A stretch of 63,872 nucleotides of DNA, the filler included, from Aduncisulcus paluster (taxonomy: Eukaryota): assembly GCA_024181965.1 (NCBI GenBank). It is 6 parts of 6 records of this genome, joined end to end, with 100 filler letters (N's around TTAATTAATTAA, not from the genome) between each part and the next. Parts side by side here need not be neighbours in the genome. Positions count along the whole stretch, not along the records: positions 1 to 8,761 come from BQXS01011090.1; positions 8,862 to 13,213 come from BQXS01011091.1; 4 more parts are not named here. One strand, given 5' to 3'. Position 1 is the first letter of the stretch. Every line of letters begins with the position of its first letter. Both the position numbers and the translations under genes were made by a program. Under the pieces are notes generated by a model. That model did no database searches and was not told where the DNA came from. It saw nothing but the letters and a program-made list of their open reading frames with translations. Below are positions 1 to 10,785 of this stretch, piece after piece.

Positions 1-1
1 T

Positions 2-436
2 CATCAAGAAATTATCTTCAGACAAGACATCATCCTCAAAAGAAGGAGGGTAGATAAGGTAAAATATGAATTAGGACAGAGAGTCCTTGTTGTGAATGAA
101 AACAAAAGGAAAATGGATGCGACAATGTTGGGACCATTTAAGATATCAAAGAAGATAGATAAATTCCACTACGAGATCGAGATCACGAAGAAAGTGCACA
201 AAGTTGTACATGTGAGTACCCTGAGAGAATTTTATGGGAACCAAGAAATAGACTTGGCAGAAAGGTTTGACGGTAGAATAATATCAATTATCGAACATAA
301 AAAGACTGCAGATGGCATTCTATATTTGGTAGAATGGGCGATTGGTCGACAAAAAGCGAAATCGTGGGAAAAAGTTGATGTCGTGGGAGGATTAGAAGTT
401 TTCAAGAGTTATATCATTGAAAATAAGTTAGATTAA
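2..436 (+). mobile_element. 3' end of Ty3/Gypsy pol (integrase GPF motif + chromodomain), 5'-truncated by window edge
   Basis: Frame is open from base 2. 'YELGQRVLV..MLGPFKI..HYEIEI..VHKVVHVSTLREF' is the integrase C-terminal GPY/F module. 'IISIIEHKK..ILYLVEW..KSWE' is a chromodomain. Confidence 0.8.
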
Positions 437-544
437 TATAATCTTATAAATATTTTTTAATAGTTTTATATTTATTTTTAAAAAAAAGAGAGAGATAGGT
501 AAGGACACCTGTTTACATCGAACTATTGAAGAAAAAGAGGGTAG

Positions 545-643
545 TGTGGCAATAGAGCATTGCCGGAATAGCTATCAGGATTATATATATGAGTAAATTG
601 GCTTACGCTCAAGGATTAGTGTTGTTATCAACCACACACCACA
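545..643 (+). repeat. Putative 99-bp 3' LTR preceded by a polypurine tract (528-544)
   Basis: GAAGAAAAAGAGGGTAG is followed directly by TGTGG...CCACA (5-bp inverted termini), downstream of the pol stop. Confidence 0.7.
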
Positions 644-668
644 GAAACAATGAATTTATTAAATAAAT

Positions 669-741
669 TGGTCGATCTGGGGCTCGAACCCAGGACCTTT
701 GGCTTATCAGACCAACGCACTACCAACTGTGCAAACCGACC
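669..741 (-). tRNA. tRNA-Ile, anticodon GAT
   Basis: Reverse complement is GGTCGGTTTGCACAGTTGGTAGTGCGTTGGTCTGATAAGCCAAAGGTCCTGGGTTCGAGCCCCAGATCGACCA. Acceptor stem GGTCGGT/ATCGACC, anticodon arm TTGGT-CTGATAA-GCCAA, T arm with GTTCGA. No intron and no encoded CCA tail. Confidence 0.93.
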
Positions 742-1039
742 TGAAGGAATATTTTCATAAAGTATATCCAATGAATGAAAATATTAAAGTTCCTCGAAAA
801 TTGATTGCTATAAGAGATTTATCTTTAACATGGTATTGATATATTTTTTTTTAAAATTATTTTTCGTTGAAGATCCTAGTCCAAATTTTTGAATAAATTC
901 TTGATTCTTTGGATTATATTACTAATAAAATTTGAATAAGTAAATATAGATGCGTGATAATTTATATTTCCGGTTTAAACTAACTTCTTCGTTATGAGAA
1001 GGAAAACATTATTTTAGAAATGGATTTTGTTGATTCTCT

Positions 1040-1897
1040 ATGGATTTTATTAAAGTATTTTTTTCGATTTCCCTATTCTTTTTTGCCTTTTCAGTAGTTT
1101 CTGCTGCTGACACTTCATTTGAATGTGATTTGTGCTATTTCCTTGTGGAGGAACTTGAATCCCGTTTCCTTCCTGGAATGACTGAATCTCAATTCGTCGC
1201 TGAGTTCGAGAGTCTTTGTAGTGAAATTCCTACTTTCTTCGAGGTTGCTTGTGATGCTGAAGTTGAACACTATGCTCCTATCATTTATGAAGGTCTTCAA
1301 GCTCATTTAGAACCTGAATTTATCTGTGATTCTATCCACATGTGTAAAGAAGAAGTTGTCAACATGGTTTATTCAGTGGATGCTCCCCAGGGTGATGATG
1401 TCACCTGTGAGGTCTGTGAGATCATTGTTGATGCCGTTGAGGAAGCCTGGTTACCCACCATCACATACCAAGAACTCTACAACACTATCATGAACGACAC
1501 TTGCCGTAAGCTCCCCCACATTCTTGAGATTGCTTGTGAAGCCGAGGTTGATGAGTACTTGCCCGAGATCTACTCCATGATGCAGAATGCCGTTGCCCCC
1601 AGCACTATCTGTGGTTTACTCACCCTCTGTGAGTCTACTGCTGCTCCCGTTGAGTCCTCCTTCGAGTGTGACCTTTGTGAGTTCCTTGTGACCGAGCTTG
1701 AGGAGCGTTTCCTTCCTTCCATGACCGAAGAGGAATTCATTGCCGAGTTCGACAGTCTTTGTGACGAGATCCCCACTTTCTTTGCCATTGCTTGCAAGGC
1801 TGAGGTTGACCAATACGGTCCCACTGTTTACCAAGACCTTCAGAATGGTTTGGAGCCCGACACCATCTGTGATGAGATTCACATGTGTGCTTACTAA
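1040..1897 (+). CDS. Secreted saposin-like protein with three SapB domains
   Basis: Signal peptide, then three C-x2-C...C...C...C-x5-C units ('FECDLC..SLC..AC..IC..IHMC'). Very acidic. Confidence 0.85.
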   Translation: MDFIKVFFSISLFFFAFSVVSAADTSFECDLCYFLVEELESRFLPGMTESQFVAEFESLCSEIPTFFEVACDAEVEHYAPIIYEGLQAHLEPEFICDSIHMCKEEVVNMVYSVDAPQGDDVTCEVCEIIVDAVEEAWLPTITYQELYNTIMNDTCRKLPHILEIACEAEVDEYLPEIYSMMQNAVAPSTICGLLTLCESTAAPVESSFECDLCEFLVTELEERFLPSMTEEEFIAEFDSLCDEIPTFFAIACKAEVDQYGPTVYQDLQNGLEPDTICDEIHMCAY

Positions 1898-2551
1898 GTT
1901 TTTGTTTTGATTGTCTTATTTTATTTTATTTGTCTGTTTTTCTTTCACCTTTAATTATAAATTACTTTTCTCTTGGATTATTGTGACGTTGAACAATCAG
2001 TTTCCCAAGTTTCTGTCCTTTTCAATTTGATCGCGGACCTATAAGGCCTTTATTGGCATAATAAATTTTGATTTGATTAAAAATAGAAAAAAGAAATAAA
2101 ATCATTGTTTTTATTTATGATAATTATGTTGTTCTATACTCGTATTAGAATCCAAAAACGGACACTGTTGATTCTGGGAGAACGCCCATCCGCAGTCTGC
2201 AATTCTTATTCTTTCTTTTTCGAGCGATATAAATTGACATCGTATAATCTGAATGTTAATATGTTACAGGGAGGGCATCCTCGAAAATGAGTCGTTGAAA
2301 ATATGAGTATACAAGCTTTTTGATGAGACAGACATAACCCTATCATATTGAGCTTTTTTGCACATATTTTTGACATTATATCATCCCCAAGTTGTTATTA
2401 TTCACTATAGTATGTTTTTGACGTGATGTTTGTGCTGATTTCACTGATTAACGGTATCAACATATTTTCTGGACGGAAAAGTGTGGATGTCACTCTCAAT
2501 ATTTACAAACGCTTCTTACATATCTTTTATTTAGCTTAACCCATTTTATTA

Positions 2552-3797
2552 ATGTCTCAGCCCCTAAAACCTAAACCAGAACCTTTCTGCTCAATTGGTG
2601 AGCTTCAAAGATTGTATTTTTCGATCTTGACATCGATTAACAAAAACTTGGAAATTTTTTATAGTGGACCCATATCTCATGAATCGTACGATTTGTCTTT
2701 CGAGCCCGGGCATGATCAGGCACCCAGATTGCCCTTTGAACCTCTGCCATTTCCATCCGAGTTTCTTCCACGTATATGGGCCACCTTCGATGAATTTGCT
2801 GGATCTCCAAAGAATATTCTATCTCATCGAGCGCACTTTGAGATTTGCTTTGAATTGATCTCATTATATTTTAGCCATGTGATTAAAGGTTTTATTTGGT
2901 TATCTTCCGATTTTGTATTTGATTGTTTTGATTCATTTATCAAATCACGTTCCATCGATTGTTCCTGATCTTTCACCCAAATATGATGATGTGTATATGA
3001 ATTGTAAAATTGATTCCATCTTTGATGTTATCAAATACATTTCAAATGTATGTTCATATATTTCTTCCTCTCATTTCTCCAACCTTCTCCACGCTATTCC
3101 CATGATATCTATGATCCCTTCTCTTGAAACATCTTCATCCCCCGATTCTGACGGGTTTATGTATGCTTCTCACATTTGTTCTGGAATGGAAATGGTGCAA
3201 ACATTAAGAACTCATGAAGAGAAAAGAATTTGTTTTGATGATTATGATGATTTGGATGACGTGTGGAATGATATGTTTGGAAAAGAAAAAATAATAGTCG
3301 ATAAAGAAAGTGGAAATGTCATAGTTACACGAGAAAAAATGCTGTATTACAATATTATCACTGGAGAAGAAATACAGATCTTCAAGAAATGTCTCAAAAA
3401 TGGTCCATTATGTTGGGTTAGCAGACAAACTAACAGTTATTTAATGGATGAAGAAGAAAAAGATGGGAAAGATTCACCTTTTTTCACATGCCATCCATGC
3501 CATCCACGCCGAGTCAAACACTCTTCTCTCATCCAATACACTCCTCCTCAACATTTGCTTGTCCAGATGTCATTCGATGAGGAAAGATCTTTGAGACAAT
3601 CGGTGTATGATCTGATCGAACAAACAGGATGTGGCGTTGAGGCTTTGTTCGATGACAGGGTACCATGTTGTTCATTCGAAGGGTATGATCAAGATGCGTG
3701 GAGGGAAACGATGGAAGATATACATGATGAGGAGGAAGAGGAATATGAAGAGGAAGATTCCTTTCGTTCTGAAGAAGATCCTTCAGATTGGTTATGA
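2552..3797 (+). CDS. Hypothetical protein split into two overlapping ORFs (2552-2968, 2913-3797), probable frameshift
   Basis: Two coding-like ORFs overlap in different frames. I found no plausible GT-AG intron bridging them. Confidence 0.4.
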
Positions 3798-4617
3798 AAA
3801 GGTAGTGAAAGGGTGTCGGAAAGAGTTTAAAGTGCAACTCAAGTTGTTATTCCGATATGAAAGGTGTTTATGGCTTCATTTGGTGTTCTCATGTCCATTG
3901 GGCTCGAATTTTTTCTGACCAAAATCTATTTTTAGAATTTCTAAAAATAGACTCCCAAAATGTTTTTCTGCGAGTTTTCATGATTTCGTTGAAGTTTTGT
4001 GCCTTATTATGAAGATGATTGACAGACATGTATTGAAGAAAAAGTAGAAAAGAGAGAGAAGATTTGAACATGGGGAAGAACCACCGAATATGTTATGAAA
4101 AAGCATGAAAGGGTGTCGGAAAGAGTTTAAAGTGCAACTCAAGTTGTTATTCCGATATGAAAGGTGTTTATGGCTTCATTTGGTGTTCTCATGTCCATTG
4201 GGCTCGAATTTTTTCTGACCAAAATCTATTTTTAGAATTTCTAAAAATAGACTCCCAAAATGTTTTTCTGCGAGTTTTCATGATTTCGTTGAAGTTTTGT
4301 GCCTTATTATGAAGATGATTGACAGACATGTATTGAAGAAAAAGTAGAAAAGAGAGAGAAGATTTGAACATGGGGAAGAACCACCGAATATGTTATGAAA
4401 AAGCATGAAAGGAGATGATATTGAAGATTAACTCAAGTTGTTATTCCGATATGAAAGGTGTTTATGGCTTCATTTTGAAGTTTTGTGCCTTATTATGAAG
4501 ATGATTGACAGACATGTATTGAAGAAAAAGTAGAAAAGAGAGAGAAGATTTGAACATGGGGAAGAACCACCGAATATGTTATGAAAAAGCATGAAAGGAG
4601 ATGATATTGAAGATTTC
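3791..4617. repeat. ~300-bp tandem repeat (two near-identical copies plus a rearranged partial third)
   Basis: 3791-4090 recurs at ~4092-4390 (identical 60-aa antisense ORFs at 3889 and 4189). An internally deleted copy follows at ~4391-4617. Confidence 0.9.
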
Positions 4618-5382
4618 CTGTTCAGGAAATGCACTGGAAAAGGTGATTACACTTTAATCTCACACTTGAAATCGTGATAAGCTTGCAACTACATTAATCT
4701 TAATAATTCTACCTCCAAGACGAATAAAAGATGAACAAATGACAAGCACAACTTGATTGAAAAGAATCTTTTCAAAATTGTTGAGATTTCAGATTTCTTG
4801 GACCCCAAAGTTTTACAAAAGCAGACCATTTTTACTTTTTTAAATGGAATGTGACAATCCCAAAACTAGCTAAAACTTGGAGAGATTCTTCAAGAACAAT
4901 CAATCCAGGCTCAAATATCAAATATCAAGAAAAAAGAATGATTATAACATTTCCCTAAGATATCCTAGCATGAGTGAGCTAATATAATTTCCAAATATTC
5001 ACCGAAATAAAGCATTCAACCGAATTCAACCAGAAATACTTCAAACCCCAATCAGTAAAAGCTGCACTACACCGAAAATAAACAACGATTTCTCTCAAAT
5101 CATCCAATTCACACTACATATAGAAAATGAAATTCTAAAAATAGATTTTCTAAAAATAGATTTTTCATTTTTCACTTGTTCTTTTTCTTTCAAAATCACC
5201 TTCTTTTTAATTCTTTTTTTCAAATCCCAAGCCTTCAAGCTGCTCCAAATATGAAAAACAATTGAGTGTTGATATATCATCCTCTTGTATTTGTCCAGTA
5301 TAGAACAGTATTGTTATCATCTGTTGAAAAATATAATCGGAGCTTTGACATTTGTTGTTCATTCAATGAATTGAACTTCCAT

Positions 5383-6180
5383 TTATGACTTAAACTCAAG
5401 CCCATTAACGATTGAACATCCACAGTCCAAAGCAGACCATATTCCTTTTCCTCTGATTTCACACGAGACAACATTGGACAGATCGATCAGAAAAAAATAC
5501 ATTTCCAACCATAGAGTGGGTTGAACACACTGATATCTCTTGACAGACACCGATTCGTTTCTTGCATACACACTATCCAAATCTATAATACAAATGATAA
5601 TCAGATATCTTGATTCAAAGATAATAACAAACAACAACATACCGAAGCTTTGGATATTGCATCAAACAAAGTCTTTTTCACTCTGTTCTCTGAGAATACG
5701 CTCTTCTATGACCTCTTCTCGAACGAACATTAACCCTTCGATGGGACAGGATCCAACATGTATATCCCTTCCACTAAGCTCACACCGAATAACATCAGCA
5801 CAATCAATATGGAAGTAATGCCATTCATACTCGTTTGAAGGCTATACAAAGTCTCCGGTAACACCTTTTCTTTGCTTGCCACTATCTCCGTACAAAGAAA
5901 AGCAGAGGGATCGATGACCAAAATCCTCATGAATGCAAATATATGCAGAACACATTGATGAAAATTGTACATCAAGCCGAGAGAAATTCACACCATCCTC
6001 CTCATTTAACATAATCCGGACTCAAGAAGTCCTATCAAATAAATCAGATTCGGCACCATTAGTTTCATCAATGCCACTACAACGAGCAACATCAATGGCA
6101 ATAATATCAGGTCTAATCCTAGAGATAGGAGGATTTGAACGATTTCCCGCACAAATGAAGCTGGATCGAACTAAAGCCAT
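5383..6180 (-). pseudogene. Pseudogene of a lineage-specific repeat-domain family (two domain copies)
   Basis: A single frame from ATG 6180 carries in-frame stops at 6024 (TGA), 5844 (TAG) and 5664 (TGA). The motif is repeated: 'YEWHYFHIDCADVIRCELSG' and 'LEMYFFLIDLSNVVSCEIRGKGIW'. Confidence 0.6.
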
Positions 6181-6820
6181 CTCCAATTATAATTATGAAA
6201 GAATTAAACCTCAATCCACTTAAAATTACAATTGGATTGCACTCAAAAAGGTGGATAGAGACCAAGAGATCCTAAAAACGCCATAAAGCGAATATCATTT
6301 ATTTATATCAATAATTCGGGGTGAACATTATCATAAGGGTGTATTTGGCCGAAGGAAAATTCACAAAACCTTAGAGAAAAACATTCGAATCATGTTTTGC
6401 AGTTTTGTCCCTTTTCATACTGTTGGCTGATATTATAACAAAAATAATATGTCATTATATCGGCAAATGTGTTAATGTAGACCAATGCTTTCCCCTGAAG
6501 CTCCGATTTGGGCTGAAATCGAGAAATTGATTCGAGAAACAGAATTCTTTGACATAAAACTTTTTTCTATTCGATATTTTTCAATTTAAAAAACATATTA
6601 GATCGAAATAATCATTGATAATTTCATTTTTTATCTCCGAGTATTTTTATTGAGCAATCATTATCGCGTTTTTTGTGGAGTCTCCTCAGAGAATCAATTT
6701 GCCGTACTCAATATTTATCCCCCATAATAACTTCATGTTTGCTTACCACTAGAATTAATTATCACTGTTCAGGGATTATTTTGCCCTTCAACAATTAATT
6801 ATTCGTTTACTAATTTAAAT

Positions 6821-7597
6821 ATGGCTTCCAAGTGTTCTGATGAAAAATTCAAATTTGTTTTCCCTTCGGACGATGTTTCTAAATGTCTTGGCTATCAGTT
6901 TGGCAACCCTCTCCGATCATCTAAGAAGCATATGATCCCCTTTTCCAAGGATAAAACCATATGCTTGATCCCATCTTCTCAACGATTCCATCCAGGACCT
7001 CCTCCCAGTGCCACGCATCCTCCCAGTGCCATGTATCGACCTCCTACTCAAAGCTATGTCAAACATCAACTTCATCCTCCCCATATACTGTACTATACTA
7101 GTGTTCCGACCTTCTCTTTGTGCCCCTATGAACGATCTATCCTGCATGAGCTCTGTTCACGCCCAAGTCCTGATGCCCGTTCATTTCTGAATGCATCCGT
7201 CTCCTCCCTTCCATCCTCAAAGTTCCTAGCCGTTGCCAAGAATGTCCTGAGCTTCAAGTTCAAAGAACATTGCCGAGAGACATCGTTATCCAATTCCAAT
7301 TCTCAGACAGAGTCCAAACCTGGAACCAATCGTATTTACCCCCAAAATGAGGGCGAATCGTTCTGTTCATGGTTTGTGCTGCTCTTTATCCGTCCATCGT
7401 ATCCCATTGACCGTCTTATAGAGTGGAGTCGAGACACTCCCGCACAGATCCACAAACGTTTCTCGTTCTGGAGGAAGCATGGAGTCCCGCAATTCCTTCG
7501 GGGCTTTCTCAGACGGTATGCCAGTGAACGTGGGGTCAATGCAAAGGATATCAACACAATGCTCTTTGGGGAGCTCAACGAAAGGAAGGGAATGTGA
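6821..7597 (+). CDS. Hypothetical protein
   Basis: 258-aa ATG-started ORF, higher GC than its flanks. No recognised motif. Confidence 0.6.
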   Translation: MASKCSDEKFKFVFPSDDVSKCLGYQFGNPLRSSKKHMIPFSKDKTICLIPSSQRFHPGPPPSATHPPSAMYRPPTQSYVKHQLHPPHILYYTSVPTFSLCPYERSILHELCSRPSPDARSFLNASVSSLPSSKFLAVAKNVLSFKFKEHCRETSLSNSNSQTESKPGTNRIYPQNEGESFCSWFVLLFIRPSYPIDRLIEWSRDTPAQIHKRFSFWRKHGVPQFLRGFLRRYASERGVNAKDINTMLFGELNERKGM

Positions 7598-8761
7598 GAG
7601 TCCATGGATCAAGATTATCCATGGATTAAGATTATTACCATTGTTCTCTTGCCTGTCCGAGTTTTATGATTATGCTATATCATTAAGTTTTATAATAATC
7701 AATTCGCTTATGTTTGAGTTTATGTGTTTGAGTAATGTCCAATCAAAACCATATGCTCTAACCAAGCATTCCTTTCTTGGATATCTTAACATGATCATGA
7801 TGTTAGTTTTGTACTATGGCACAGTAGAGTGGAGTCCTAGAGAATGGGATAAGAATGTAATGAGAAAAGGCAGTTAAATTCAATGGAAATTAAAAGGAAA
7901 GAGGAAAAGGGAAGAAAACGAGATCGTATGAAATATACTCTATACTGTACTGTACTTGCACTGTTTAGAGAGAGAAGAGGAGGGAGAAGAAGAGAGAGAA
8001 GAAGAGAGAAAAGTGTGTGAGTTAAAGAGCTCCTCAATTAGAGAAACTAACGCGTTTTCCTTGATCCTTACAAAGTCGAGGCGTTGGATTTTGTAATATC
8101 CGCAAGAACGGGAAATTCACTTGATACTGAGCCAAAGGCGTTAACGAGGATTGCCGAGAACAGTAAGATAAGAGGGTATGCTGCGAAGAGGAAGAAGCGT
8201 GCCGCTAAACTGAAACTGTTGACAGATAATCCGGATGACAACAAAGATACGAAGAATACGGTGATCTTTGTTGTCGTCCCTGAGGAGAAAGGCTATGACA
8301 TTCCAACAACAAAACCGCAGAAACGTTCGAGTGGAAATCAACGCGTTTTCCCTTGATCCATGGTCCTTGTGTTAACTTGGTACAATTTATTAAAGTAAAT
8401 CGGAGCAATATAATCTATAAATAGAACATGAGAAATACATGTAAAAACCAGAGTGTCCCAAAATTTTGAATTCGAATAAAATATAAAAATAATTATCCTA
8501 ATAAAAATATATTGATATTTTGGAATACCAAATTGAATTATTTCCATTAATTCCCGTTTTACCCCTGCACTACATAGACAGTTTATTTTAAAATTTCTGT
8601 TAAATAGATTCTTGTTAATAAAGTAAATAAACGCTATTCCTACCAATGAAATTGAACTTCCTCTGGAATTCCAGAAATTGTCAAGATCATCAAAGCGTAA
8701 ATGTCATGTATTTTTCTCCTGTTCAGGAAATGCACTGGAAAAGGTGATTACACTTTAATCT

Positions 8762-8861
8762 NNNNNNNNNNNNNNNNNNNNNNNNNNNNNNNNNNNNNNN
8801 NNNNNTTAATTAATTAANNNNNNNNNNNNNNNNNNNNNNNNNNNNNNNNNNNNNNNNNNNN
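8762..8861. other. Artificial contig linker (N-TTAATTAATTAA-N); also at 13214-13313, 38046-38145, 56729-56828, 60858-60957
   Basis: Identical 100-bp construct with a six-frame stop cassette. Genes are cut off at each one. Confidence 0.97.
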
Positions 8862-10269
8862 TATTGAGAAGGGCAACAAGGATAATGGCAACAGGATACA
8901 AAGCCAAAATGATGAATCCCCAGTACACCTTGATGTTTTTCATGAGAGAACCTATACAACCGACAGAGATAACAACAACCCAAATAGTGATGGTTTCGGC
9001 AGCGTAGGTCCAACATAATTGATCATAAGAAGCCACAAGACACAAGAAAACACCAAGACAAAGAGTGTTGTTCATGATAGCAGCACCATAACAGGCTGAG
9101 CATGTCATACTAGCACTCTTCTTGGTCTTTTTGCTTGCAAATTGGATTGAAGCGATCAATTCACTGAGATTTGAAGCCATAGGAGTGAAAATGAATGAGA
9201 TATAGAAAGGGTTGGACATACCAATCTGAGTGGAGAAATCTGACAGAACATCACAACAAGGATCAGAGAATAATGTCACAATAGCAACACCGAGGATCAT
9301 CAAGAAGAGAGATTTACCAAGAATAGAGTCCTTGGAGGGTTCTGTCACTTTGATTTCACCAGTGGCTTCGTCCACGCTTCCCTCTTCTTCCTCGTCGCTT
9401 TTCTTCTTCTTGGCGGCAGCTTCGAGCTTAGCATCAGCGGAAGCATCAGACTTCTTCTTCCAAAGACGTCCAAGAGCAAGGACCTTGTCATCAGAAATGG
9501 TTGGCTTAGGTTTCTCTTCCTCTTTCTCTTCATCGGAGTTGCTAAGAAGACCAGTAGTCTCAGAGGCTTGTTGAGCCATGTTCTTTTCCTTCATAATGGC
9601 CATGAAAGCATTGAGTGATCTCTTCAATCTCTCTTCCTTTTGGAGTTCTTCTTTCTTTCTCTCGGAGGTATCGGTATTAAAGACACAATACAAAAGATAA
9701 CCAATCAGGAACATAAAACACACAACAGCTCCAACAATACAGTAGATTTTCTCATCACCATGGCATTGGGAGTCACCCATATAGAGGAATCCAGGGATCT
9801 GAACAATAAGGAAACAAGCACTAGAAATGAGCATGAGACGGGCATTGATTGGAACGTCATCCTCAACAGAGATACCTTGTTCCTTGGGTTTGAATCCATT
9901 ACATCTACGGTCACGGGCAACACCCTGGCCACTAAGCTCACAACGTCCAACAAAAATTCCACATGAAAGTGCAATTGTCAAAAGCATGGTGGTGGAACCA
10001 GCAAGAGTTCCAAGACCAACACGAACTTGATCAACAACTTCATTTGGATCTCCAAGAGCAGAAGCAATAATCATGGCACTGTCAGGAACAGCTCCGAGCA
10101 CAGGAAGAAGGGCTCCTCCAACAATACTGGGGTTACTAATTTCAAGCAAAAGCTCACTTCCATCGGCAATCATGGAACTACCTTTTCCAAGAATAACACC
10201 ATAAACAAGCATCATGAAGAGGGATCCAATCCAACTATCGGATGTTGGCCAAATATCACTAAATCCCAT
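8862..10269 (-). CDS. Na+/Ca2+ (CaCA) exchanger family protein, C-terminus cut by linker
   Basis: Two TM bundles with alpha-repeats 'LPVLGAVPDSAM..GTLAGST' and 'FTPMASNLSELIAS..YGAAIMNNTL', separated by a charged loop. Confidence 0.88.
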
Positions 10270-10785
10270 TCTTATCTATTTTATGTGACAAGAAAACAGC
10301 AACCTATTTCTTTCCCAAATCTGAAATCCTAAGAATAGAACAATATAATGGGTTTAAGAGAGTAAAATATTTTTAAAAAATAACTAGAAATAAAATAACA
10401 AATGGCATTAACTGTTTGTAATGACATTGTGAGTCGTATTGCAAATTGCAATATCTTCCGATTTATCATATTATCCAAATAATATAATTCGTTTTTTACA
10501 TTATATCTGGATTTTATTGTGAAATATCCCATTCATTTATTAGAATGCATAATGAACCTTCTTCTAGGATTGACCCTTGTTTCAGGATTGATGCATTCTC
10601 CCAATAATTGTAAAAATATGCTTCTATTCTTCTTTTCAATGCAATAAAGCTGTGATTCACAACAATTTCCATGCACATTGGCCTTAGAATTCTCGAATTT
10701 CGAACGGATTTTTTCAAGAAGATTTCTTCGCGCCCAAACTAGCCCACAGCATATTACAATACTGTGTACTAAAAATTAAAATAAT

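Noticed and set aside
3791-4617. CRISPR-like array
   Set aside because: Long tandem units with no repeat-spacer structure.
5383-6180. In-frame stops as evidence of stop-codon reassignment or selenocysteine
   Set aside because: The stops are a mix of TGA and TAG, and conserved genes have no internal stops and end in TAA, TAG or TGA. A pseudogene is the simpler explanation.
8041-8360. Imperfect ~25-bp direct repeats (AACGCGTTTTCC..TTGATCC) around a 90-aa ORF
   Set aside because: Too short and degenerate to call an insertion, and the ORF lacks an ATG start and any motif.
8762-8861. TTAATTAATTAA flanked by Ns, and ORFs ending in 'LIN'
   Set aside because: Artificial six-frame stop linker. Neighbourhoods across linkers are not real synteny.
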